Shown piece by piece: positions 26,920-37,400 of a stretch of DNA of 64,000 nucleotides; position 1 is the first letter of the stretch, and each line of letters opens with the position of its first letter. A program made the position numbers and the translations under genes. The stretch lies in assembly GCA_963789885.1 (NCBI GenBank), contig CAWBNB010000033.1:162633-226632 (forward strand). The letters are read 5' to 3'. The notes beneath the pieces were generated by a model. The model was given only the letters and a program-made list of their open reading frames with translations. It was not told the DNA's origin and ran no database searches. The stretch comes from an uncultured beta proteobacterium. GTDB taxonomy: Bacteria; Pseudomonadota; Gammaproteobacteria; Burkholderiales; SG8-39.

Positions 26920-28816
26920 TCACACCGGCAGATCGATCGGCGTGGCGCCGGCCGCGGGCGGCTTCGCCGCCGCCGCTCCGGGCTGCGATCCTGCAAGCAG
27001 CTTCCCGAACATCTCCGCCGGCATCGGCTTCGAGAACAGGAAGCCCTGCAGCTCGTCGCAGCTCTTGCTCCTGAGGAAATCCCGCTGGTCCGAGGTCTCG
27101 ACCCCTTCGGCGACCACCGACAGCCCGAGGCAGTGGGCCATCGCGATGATCGCGATCACGATCGCCGCGTTGTCGGGATCCGAGTCGACGCCCATCACGA
27201 ACGAGCGGTCGATCTTCAGCTCGTCGAGCGGGAAGCGCTTGAGGTAGCTCAGGGACGAGTAGCCGGTGCCGAAGTCGTCGATCGAGAGCGTGAGCCCCTG
27301 CTCCTTCAGCTCGTGCAGGGTGCGGATGTTGCGCTCCGCGTGCCCCATCAACGAGCTCTCGGTCAGCTCCAGGCCGATGTAGCGCGGGTCGAGACCGCTC
27401 GATTTGAGCGCGCTGACGACGGTCTCGACGATGCTCGCGGCGCCGAACTGCTTGCCCGACACGTTCACCGTCACCCGCGGCACGCGCAGGCCGGTGTTCT
27501 GCCAGGCCCGGCTCTGCGCGCAGGCGGCGCGCAGCACCCATTCGCCGAGCGGGACGATCAGCCCGGTTTCCTCGGCGACGGGGATGAACTCGACCGGGCT
27601 CACCAGCCCGCGCTCCGGGATGCGCCCAGCGCACCAGCACCTCGGCGCCGGTGCCGCGCCCGTTGTGCGCGCGGACCTTCGGCTGGTAGTAGAGGCGGAA
27701 TTCGCCGCGGTCGAGCGCGCGCCGCAGCTCGCTCTCGACGCTCAGGCGGTGCCGCGACTTGGAGTTGAGCTCCTTGGCGTAGAACTGGAAGCCGGAACCG
27801 CCCTGCTGGGCGACGTGGCGGGCGGCCACGCTGCAGTGGCTGAGCAGCGCGCCTGCCTCCATGTCGTCGTCGGGGAAGACCGAGATGCCGACCGTCGCGC
27901 CGATCGCGAGCTCCTGCCCGGCGGCGCGGAACGGCGCGGTCATCGCGGCGAGGAGACCCTGCGCGATCGGCGCCGCCTCTTCGCCGCGCGCGATGCCGGT
28001 GAGGAGGAGCGCGAACTCGTCGTCGCCGATGCGGTAGATCGTCGGCACGCCGCGTCGCTCGCCGCCCTCTTTCGCGCCCACGCTCGAGCGCAGGCCGAGG
28101 TCGAGCCGCATCGCGACGCCCTTCAGGAGCGAGTCGCCGATGCCGAGCCCGAACGCCTCGATGATCTGCTCGAACCGCTCGAGGTGCACGTGCATGACGG
28201 CGCCAGTGGTGCCGGCGCGCGCGGTCTCGCGCAGCGCCCGCTCCAGGCGGTCCATCAGCAGGCGGCGGTTGGGCAGCGCGGTCACGCCGTCGTAGTTGGC
28301 GAGGCGGTCGCGGTAGGCTTTCGCCGAGAGCGTGTTCCGGAGCCGCAGCGCGAGCTCGCTCGGGTCGGTCGGCTTGGCGAGGAAGTCGGTCGCGCCGAGC
28401 TCGAGCGCCTTGAGCTTGGTCTCGGCGTCGGTCGAGGAGGTGAGGACGATCACCGGGACGTGGCGCATCGCCTCGTCGGCGCGCATGCGCTCGATGATCT
28501 CGAACCCGCTCATCTCCGGCATGTTGAGGTCGAGCAGGACGACGTCCGGGTGGCGCTCGCCGATCAGCCCGAGCACCTTCAGCGGCTCGCTGCAAGCGAC
28601 GAACTCGCGGTAACCGGCCTCCTCGAGGAAGGTCTGCAGCACCTCGAGGTTGAGCGGCTCGTCGTCCACCATCATCACGACGGGGTCGTCGGCCCGCTCG
28701 GCCTCCCACCCGGCTTCGCGGCCGGCCTCGGCCGGCAGGCGGGCGACTTTGAGCGCGCTGCGTGCCGGCATCGGCAGCAGGCTCGGGGGGCCGTCAAATG
28801 TCAGGATCGTCGCCAT
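26920..28816 (-). pseudogene. REC-GGDEF-EAL protein with a single frameshift at the start of the EAL domain
   Basis: REC (VMMVDDEPLNLE...LLDLNMPEMSG), then a GGDEF domain with the variant motif RIGDDEF, then YYQPKV...EVLVRWAHP. One extra base follows (cc at 27615-27616 on the plus strand). The EAL continues in the frame of ORF 26920..27603 (..ERGLVSPVEFIPVAEETGLI...DDFGTGYSSLSYL..). Confidence 0.85.
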
Positions 28817-28913
28817 AAGTTATCCAATCTAAAGCGCTTTCCGTATCACCGCGCGTCAAAGCTGCGCATTCGTGCGGAATCTGCGCTGCCCCTGCTGTGC
28901 ACGATGCCGCACT

Positions 28914-31487
28914 TCACGCCGCCTGCACATCGGCGTCGTCCGGGACGACCAGCCGCGCCTCGAGGCCGCGCAGCTCGGCGAGCGCCGCTTTGGTGCCCTG
29001 GGCGTCGCCCGCCTTCGACAGGGTTTCGAGGTTGCGCGCGGGCGCCGTGAAATCGTCGTAGCCCACGGTACCGCCCGCCCCTTTCAGCCAGTGGGCGAGG
29101 GCCGTGAGCTCGACGAAGTTCCCGGCCGCGTGGGCCCGGTCCATTGCGTCGAGCTGCTCGCCCAGGCGGCCGGCGAACCGCGCGGCCGCGCTCCGTAGGC
29201 GGGGGTGGTTGGCGAAGCGGGAGACGATCGGCGGTCCACCCGCGCCTGCGGCCGGGCCAAGGTCGATCCGCTCCTCGAGCACCGGCATCGGGATGGACGC
29301 GCTGAGCGGGGCCGGGGCCGGCGCATTCTTTTGGGTCGGGGCGGGTGCGGCGTGCTCGGCCGGTGCCGGTGCCGCCTTCACGCGGCGGCCCGCTCCCAGC
29401 TTCTCCGCCAGCGTCCCGAGCAGGACGTCGATGTCGATCGGCTTCGTGACGTAGCCGGTGCAGCCCGCGGCCAGGATCTCCTGTTCGAACCCTTTCATCG
29501 CGTGCGCGGTGAGGGCGATGATCGGCAGCTTCACGCCACGGCTGCGGAGCAGCTTGGTGGCGGTGTAGCCGTCCATCACCGGCATGGACATGTCCATGAG
29601 CACCGCGTCGTACCGGCTCCGGGCGACCATGTCGACCGCGATCTGGCCGTTCTCCGCCTCTTCGGTGGCGAGCCCCGCCTCCTGCAGCACGAGCGTCACC
29701 AGCTCGCGGTTCTCCGGGCCATCGTCGACGACGAGGATCCGCCGCGCCGGGAACTCCCAGCGGAGGCTCGAGTCCGCGGCGAGTTCCTCGTCGACCCGCG
29801 TCGCTTCCGCCGGATCGAGCATGCGCACGCCGATGAGCGCTCCGGTGTCGACAGTCGCGGTGAACGTGCTGCCCTGGCCGGCGACGCTCGTGACGGTGAT
29901 ATCGCCGCCGAGCGCGCGGGCGAAGTTCCGGCTGAGGACGAGCCCGAGGCCGGTGCCGCCGAACTTCCGCGTCACCGACGTGTCGGCCTGCACGAACGCC
30001 TGGAACAGCTTCCCGATCTTGTCCTCGGGGATGCCGACGCCGGTGTCGACGACGTCGATCGCGAGCTGCGGCGCGGACCGCGTGCCCGCCAGCCGCGCGA
30101 CGACCCTCACGCCGCCGCGCTCGGTGAACTTGAGCGCGTTCCCGACGAGGTTGGTGACGATCTGCCGCATGCGGCCCGGGTCGGACTGGATCCGCTCGGG
30201 GAGCGGCGTCGCGGCCTCGAACGCGAGCGTCACGCCCTTCTCGCGCGCGCGCGCGTTGAACACCTTGACGACCTCGCGGATGACCTTGTGCGGCTCGCAG
30301 TCGATGCGCTCGACCTCCATGCGGCCGGCCTCGACCTTGGAGAGGTCGAGAATGTCGTTGATCAGCTCGATCAGATGCTTGCCGCTCGAGTGGATCGTGT
30401 CGAGGTGCTTGCGCGCCTCGCGCTCGTTCTTGCCCCAGCCGCGCTTGAGCACCTCGGTGAAGCCGAGGATCGCGTTCATCGGCGTGCGGATCTCGTGGCT
30501 CATGTTCGCCAGGAAGTCGCTCTTCGCGCGGTTGGCCGCCTCGGCGTCGTCCCGTGCCTGGCGGAGCTCCACCTTGTTCTGCTCGAGCTCGGTGACATCG
30601 TCGAGGCTGATCAGGACGCCGCCCGCTTTTCCGTCCGGACCCATGACCGGCGAGCAGTTGGCGCTGAAGGTGCGCAGTTGTCCTGCGTGGTCGGTGAAGT
30701 GGAGCGTGCTGTTCCGCTGCACCGTCCCTTCGCGCAGCGCCGCCGCCCACGGGGATTTTTCCTTCGGCAGCGGCGTGCCGTCCGGCCCGAGCCAGCCGAG
30801 CTCGGACACCTGGCGCGCGGCGAGCGTTTCCGGCGTCGCGCCGGTGAGCGTCGCGAACGCCTGGTTCGCGAGCACGATGTTCTGCTTCTTGTCGATCACC
30901 AGCAGGCCTTCGGCCAGCGTGTCGAGCGCCGAGCGCACGCGCGCCGGGACGGCGTGCGACACGTCGAGGTGGCGCAGCATGCGGCCGAGGTACATGTAGA
31001 ACGAGCCGAAGCACGAGACGAACATGAAGGCGACGAGGTAGAGCCAGGGCATCTCTATCCCGAAGAGGTGCGGCACCCCGGTCGGCCTGAACGCGAGCTC
31101 GAGCTGTCCCCAGCGCTCGCTCTTCGTGAGGATCGGCACCTGCATCTGCCGGTCGGTCGAGTGCTCGTCGGCGAGCGGCTTCCAGGTGTTCGCATGGTCT
31201 CCGGCGGCGGCCACCAGCACGCCGTCGGCGCGGCGCACGCCTGCCGAGACGAGGTCCTTGTTGCGCTCGAGCATGAACTTGAGCATCGCCTCCACGCGCG
31301 GCGCGCCCTCGGGCACGATTGCCGCGGTGCTGTTCACCGCGGTGAGCTCGGCGAGCGCGGTCCGCCCCTCGCGGATCGCGGCCGCGCGATCGGGCAGGAC
31401 GCCCACGAAGGCGCTCGCCATCACGATGCTCGCGACGAGGAACGAGAGCCCCATCGCGAGGTAAGCCTTCGTGCTGAATCCCTTCAT
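28914..31487 (-). CDS. Hybrid sensor histidine kinase (2 TM sensor, PAS, HisKA, HATPase, REC, Hpt)
   Basis: TM1 near the N-terminus and TM2 at LYLVAFMFVSCFGSFYMYL; PAS-like LAEGLLVIDKKQNIVLANQAF; H-box FLANMSHEIRTPMN. N/G boxes VTNLVGNALKFT, DTGVGI and GGTGLGL; REC ILVVDDGPENRE..LMDMSMPVMDG; C-terminal Hpt AHWLKGAGGTVGY. Its ATG overlaps the stop of the giant gene. Confidence 0.9.
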   Translation of the reverse strand: MKGFSTKAYLAMGLSFLVASIVMASAFVGVLPDRAAAIREGRTALAELTAVNSTAAIVPEGAPRVEAMLKFMLERNKDLVSAGVRRADGVLVAAAGDHANTWKPLADEHSTDRQMQVPILTKSERWGQLELAFRPTGVPHLFGIEMPWLYLVAFMFVSCFGSFYMYLGRMLRHLDVSHAVPARVRSALDTLAEGLLVIDKKQNIVLANQAFATLTGATPETLAARQVSELGWLGPDGTPLPKEKSPWAAALREGTVQRNSTLHFTDHAGQLRTFSANCSPVMGPDGKAGGVLISLDDVTELEQNKVELRQARDDAEAANRAKSDFLANMSHEIRTPMNAILGFTEVLKRGWGKNEREARKHLDTIHSSGKHLIELINDILDLSKVEAGRMEVERIDCEPHKVIREVVKVFNARAREKGVTLAFEAATPLPERIQSDPGRMRQIVTNLVGNALKFTERGGVRVVARLAGTRSAPQLAIDVVDTGVGIPEDKIGKLFQAFVQADTSVTRKFGGTGLGLVLSRNFARALGGDITVTSVAGQGSTFTATVDTGALIGVRMLDPAEATRVDEELAADSSLRWEFPARRILVVDDGPENRELVTLVLQEAGLATEEAENGQIAVDMVARSRYDAVLMDMSMPVMDGYTATKLLRSRGVKLPIIALTAHAMKGFEQEILAAGCTGYVTKPIDIDVLLGTLAEKLGAGRRVKAAPAPAEHAAPAPTQKNAPAPAPLSASIPMPVLEERIDLGPAAGAGGPPIVSRFANHPRLRSAAARFAGRLGEQLDAMDRAHAAGNFVELTALAHWLKGAGGTVGYDDFTAPARNLETLSKAGDAQGTKAALAELRGLEARLVVPDDADVQAA

Positions 31488-34400
31488 GTCGGCACACTCC
31501 CCACGTTGTCGTTGTCAGGCGTCGCGTCGTCGCCGGGCGCGTCGCGCGCGTCCCGGTCGTCGGCGACCAGATCCTCGAGCGAATCGTCGTCCTCGTCGCC
31601 CGCCCGGCCGCCCATGCTCCCGAGGACCGGCAGCGGGTCGACGAGGCGCCACGCCGGCAGCGACGAGAGCAGGCTCGCGATCAGCGCGCCGCCGCGCAGC
31701 AGCCAGAGGACGTAGCCCACCGAGAGACCCGTACTCACCACGAAAACCGAGCCGGCGACGCGCGCCTCGACCTTGATGTCCTCTTGGGTGCGCTCGCGCG
31801 CCTCGTCGAGCGCCTGGCGCATTTCGGGCGCGGCCATCGCGGCGACCGCCTGCATCTCGGCCTTGACCTCGCCGGTCGGCGGTTCGCCGCGGCTCTCCGT
31901 CTGCGGCGTGGGCCCGCCGGCGCGCGGATCGGTCGGCAAGCCACTCGACTGAAAGCCGATGGCGCCGGTCGGCGACGACCCGGCCTGCGTGACCGAGGTC
32001 GCGACCGCGCTGGCAGTCGCCGTTGTTGTCGCCGCTCCTGCCGCTGCGCCTGCGTCCGGAGCCGGTGCGGCCGTATCGCTCGGTCCGGGTCCGGCGGCCG
32101 CGCCGCCGCTGCCACCACCGCGGCCGCCGGCGGAGGGCGCGCTACCACTCCCGCCCGGAGCGGGCGCGGCCGGCGGTTCCGCGGCGGGCGTCGTGGCCGG
32201 CGTCGTGGTCGGCGGCGTGATCGGTGCGGGCGGGGCCGGCGGGGCGGGCGGGGCGGGCGGGGCGGCGAAGCCGATCGTCATCGTGTTCGCCGCCGCGGCG
32301 GTGCTCGTCGCGTCGTGGACGAGGAAGCCGAAGCTCGCCGCGACCGCGCTGCCGCTGGTGGGCGGCACGTAGACGAGCCTCCCGGCGGCGAGGTCCGCCG
32401 GCGTCACATCCTGGTTGACGGCCACCGCGACACCGTCGAAGAGCAGCGTGCCGTCGGCCGGCAGCGAGGTGATCGTCACGTGGTCGAGCGGATCGCCGTC
32501 GACGTCGGCGTAGCCGAAGTCGGACGCAGCGAAGCTGTACGTGGCGCCCGCGAACACGGTACCGTCGGCGCCCACCGGTGCATCGTTGACCGGCGTCACG
32601 GTGATCGTGACCGTGGCGACCGCGGACGCAGCCGCGCCGTCGGTCGCCTCGTAGGTGAAGGTGTCGACGCCGAAGAAGTTCGCGTTCGGCGTGTACACGA
32701 AGCTGCCGTCGGCGTTGAAGGCGACCGAGCCGTTCGCCGGGGCGGACACGAGCACGGCGGCGAGCGGATTACCGTCCTGGTCAGTGTCGTTCCCGAGCGT
32801 TCCGGACGCGGCGATCGAGAGCGGCGCGTCCTCGGCGGTCACGTAGGCGTCGGCGGCGGCGACCGGCGCGTCGTTTGCGTCGACGACGGTGATCGTGAGC
32901 GCCTGCGTGTCGACGCCGCCAGCGCCGTCCGCGACCTGGACGGTCACGTTGTAGACGTTGTCCGCGCCCGCGTCCGTCGGTGCTTCGAAGTTCGGCGCCG
33001 GGTTGAACGTCAGCACGCCGGTGACCGAGTCCATCGAGAACCGTCCAGCGTCGGCACCGGCGAGCGAGAAGGCGAGCGGCTGCAGGTCGACGTCACTCGC
33101 CGTGACCGCCGTGACCGCGGTGGTGTTCTCGGCCACGACGAAGACGGCGGTGGCGCCGCCGTCGGAGGTGATGATCGGCAGGTCGTTCACCGGGGCGACG
33201 GTTACCGTCATCGTGTTCGGCGCCAGGTCGAAGAGCGGGCCGGGCGGCACGCCGGTGTCGCGCACGCTGAACGTGAAGCTCGCGTAACCGGCGCCGTTCG
33301 CGTCCGGGACCGGGGTGAAGACGAGCAGGCCGGCGCTGATGTCGGCGACCGTGATCACCTGGCTCGGGATCACATCGACGCCGCCGAGCTGCAGCGTCGC
33401 CCCGGCCGGGAGCGAGATCGAGTCGATCCGCACGTCGGTCATCGCATCACCGAAGTCGACGTCGGTGAAGCCGAAATCGCCGAGGCTGAAGGTGTAGGTC
33501 GAGTCCTCGTTCAGAGTGACGGTGGTGTCGGTCCCGTCGGGCGCGTCGTTGACCGGGAGGACGTCGATCGTGGCGAGGTCGGAGTCGGAGAGCGCGCCGC
33601 CGGACCCGGTCGCGCCGAGGTCGTTGGTCGCGAGCGTGATGAACGCGAGGCCGTTGGAGTTCAGGTTCGGGGTGAACACGAGGCCGTTCAGCGCCGCGTT
33701 GATCGCCACCGCGGTGCCGGTGAACGTCATCGTGACGTCGCCCGCGCCGCTGCCGACGGTGAAGACAAGTCCCGTGGTGCCCGCGAGCGTCAGCATGCCG
33801 TTCGTCGCGGTCAGCGTCACTTGGAGCGGGTTCGTACCGGCATCGGGATCGCTGACCGCGATGCGGTTGCCGGTTCCGGTCGAGAAGACGAGCGCGACGT
33901 CCTCGGCGGAGATCTGCGCGCCGGGCACGATGTTCACCGGCGGATCGTTGACGACGTTCGCCACTGTCACCGTCACGGTGGCGGTCGAGGTTTCGCCGTC
34001 AGCGTCCTGGATCGTGTAGGTGAATGTGTCGGTGCCGCTGAAGGTTGCGGCCGGGGTATAGGTGAACGTGTTGCCGGCGTTGAGCGCTACCGTCCCGCCC
34101 TGAGCGCTCAGCGCGTCGAAGGTGACGATGGTGGTCGGCTGGTCGCCGAGCGCGTCGTTGAGGAGGACGTTGACTGTGGTGACCGAAATGCTCTCGTTCG
34201 TCGCGGCGATGTCGTCCGTGGCGACAGGGACGTCGTTGACGGGGTTGACCGTGATGCTGAACGTCGTCGATCCGATCGTGCCGCCCGCGCCGTCGCTCAC
34301 CGTGAAGGTGAAGCCGTCCGCCACGGTCTCCGAGTCGTCGTGCGTGTAGCTCACGCGCCCGTTGTCGAGGTCGTCCTGGGTGAACGCACCGCCGACACCG

Positions 34401-37400
34401 ACCGGAGCGCCGCTGAGGTAGAGCGTACCGTTGACGGGCGCTGAACCCACCGTGTAGACGAGCTGGATCGCGCTGTTGTCCGGGTCGGCTACGGCGAGCT
34501 CCGCGCCGGTGATCGTCGCTCCGGTCCCCTCGTTGACGGTGAGACCCGCGTTGGCCACGATCACTGGTGGCTCGTTGATGTCGCTGAGGTTGACGGTGAT
34601 GACGGCCGAGTCGTTCGCGGTGCCGTCGGTGGCGGTGACGGTCAGGTTGAAGACCGGGTTCGTCTCGAAGTCGAGGGCCGCCGGGTTGGCGACGGTGATC
34701 GCGCCGGTGGCCGAGTCGATTGCGAAGGCGCCAGCGGTGTTGCCGGCGGCGATCGAGTAGGTGAGTACCTGCCCGTCGCGGTCGGTGTCTGCTCCGGTGA
34801 ATGCCTCGTTGGCATCGAGGACGAAAGTGCCGAACGCCGAGTTCTCGGGGAGGTTCGTTGTCGCGTCGTCGATTTGCGGCGCGTTGTCGTTCGCGTTCGT
34901 CAGGTTGACGGTGATCTGGGCGGTGTCGTTGAACGTCCCGTCCGTGGCGTTGACCGTGAGGACGAAGACCGGCGTCGTCTCGAAGTCGAGAGCAACGGGG
35001 TTGGCGACAGTGATCGCGCCGGTGACCGCGTCGATCGCGAAGGCGCCGCCGGTGTTGCCGGCGACGATCGAGTAAGCGAGTGCCTGGCCGTCGCGGTCGG
35101 CATCGGTGCCGGTGAACGCGTCGTTAACGTTGTAGGCGGCAGTGCCGGATGGGGCGCCTTCGGTCAGCGCGGGTGCGGTCGCGTCGTCGATCTGGGGCGC
35201 GTTATCGTTGGCGTTGATCAGGTTGACCGTGATGATCGCGGTGTCGGGCGTGGTGCCGTCGCTGGCGACAATAGTCAGATTGAAGGCCGGGGTCGACTCG
35301 AAGTCGAGCGCGGCGCTGTTCGCGACCTTGATCGCGCCGGTGGCCGTGTCGATCGCGAACGCGCCGCCGGTGTTGCCGGCCGCGATCGAGTAGGTGAGTA
35401 TCTGGCCGTCGCGGTCATTGTCGGCGCCGGTGAACGCATCGTTCGCGTCGTAGATGATCGTGCCGGCCGGCGAGTTCTCGGCGATGCTCGTAGTCGCATC
35501 GTCGATCTGCGGAGCGTTGTCGTTCAGGTTGATCAAGTTGATCGTGATCGCGGCCGTATCCGACGTCGCGCCATCGGTCGCGTGAACCGTCAGGTTGAAG
35601 ACCGGCGTGGTCTCGAAATCGAGCGCGGCCGGGTTCGCGACCGTGATCGCTCCGGTGGCCGGATCGATCGCAAAGGCGCCAGCAGTGTTGCCGGCGGTGA
35701 TCGAGTAGACGAGCGGCTGGCCGTCGCGGTCGGCATCGGTGCCGGTGAACGCCTCGTTGACGTTGTAGACGGCGGTGCCGAACGCCGAGTTCTCGGCGAG
35801 GTTCGTGGTCGCGTCGTTGATCTGTGGGGCGTTGTCGTTGTCGTTGATCAGGTTGATCGTGATCACGGCCGTATCCGGCGTCGTGCCGTCGGTCGCCTGA
35901 ACCGTCAGGCTGAAGACCTGCGTGGTCTCGAAGTCGAGCGCGGCCGGGTTGGCGACGGTGATCGCGCCGGTGACCGAGTCGATCGCGAACCCGCCACCGG
36001 TGTTCCCGCCGATGATCGAGTAGGCGAGCGGCTGATCGTCGCGGTCATTGTCCGTGCCGGTGAAGGTCTCGTTGACGTTGTAGACGGCGGTGCCGTTTGC
36101 GCTGTTCTCGGGCAGTGACGGCGCCGTCGCATCGTTGATCTGTGGCGCGTTGTCGTTCAGGTTGATGAGGTTGACCGTGATGACCGCTGTATCCGGCGCG
36201 GCGCCGTCGGTCGCTTGAATGGTCAGGTTGAAGACCGAGGTCGTCTCGAAATCGAGCGCAGCCGAGTTCGCGACCGTGATCACGCCAGTAGCCGGGTCGA
36301 CCGCGAAGGCACCGCCGGTGTTGCCAGCGACGATCGAATAGGCGAGCGCCTGGCCGTCGCGGTCGTTGTCGGTCCCGGTGAACGCCTCGTTGACGTTATA
36401 GACGGCGGTCCCGTTGGCGCTGTTCTCCGGGGGAGACGGCGCGGTGGCGTCGTTGATCTGCGGAACGTTGTCGTTCAGGTTGATCAGGTTGACCGTGATG
36501 AGGGCCGTATCCGACGTCGTGCCGTCGGTGGCGCTAACCGTCAGGTTGAAGACCGGCGTGGTCTCGAAGTCGAGCGCAGCCGAGTTCGCCACCGTGATTG
36601 CGCCGGTCGCGGCGCTGATGGCGAAGGCACCACCGGTGTTGCCGCCAATGATCGAATAGGCGAGCGCTTGGCCATCGCGGTCATTGTCGGTTCCGGTGAA
36701 GGCCTCGTTGACGTTGTAGACGGCGGTGGCGAACGCCGAGTTCTCGGCGAGGCTCGTGGTCGCGTCGTTGATCTGCGGGGCGTTGTCGTTCAGGTTGGTC
36801 AGGTTGACCGTGATCACCGCGGTATCAAGCGTGGTGCCGTCGGTCGCCTGAACCGTTAGGTTGAAGACCGGAGTCGTCTCGAAGTCGAGGGCAGCGCTGT
36901 TCACGACCGTGATCGCGCCGGTCGAGGCGTTGATGGCGAATGCACCAGCGGTGTTGCCGCCGATGATCGAGTAGGCGAGCGCCTGTCCGTCGCGGTCGTT
37001 GTCGGTCCCGGTGAAGGCCTCGTTGACGTTGTAGACGGCGGTACCGTTGGCGCTGTTCTCGGGCAGGGCTGGCGCCGTCGCGTCGTTGATCTGCGGGACG
37101 TTGTCGTTGAGATTGATCAGGTTGACCGTGATGACCGCCGTATCCGGCGTCGTACCGTCGGTCGCCTGAACCGTCAGGTTGAAGACCGGCGTGGTCTCGA
37201 AGTCGAGCGCAGCCGAGTTTGCTGCCGTGATCGCGCCAGTCGCCGGGTCGATCGCAAAGGCACCACCGATGTTGCCGCCGATGATCGAGTAGGCGAGCGG
37301 CTGTCCGTCGCGGTCGCTATCCGTCCCGGTGAACGCCTCGTTGATGTTGTAGACGGCGGTACCGTTGGCGCTGTTCTCGGGCAGCGCAGATGCCGTCGCG

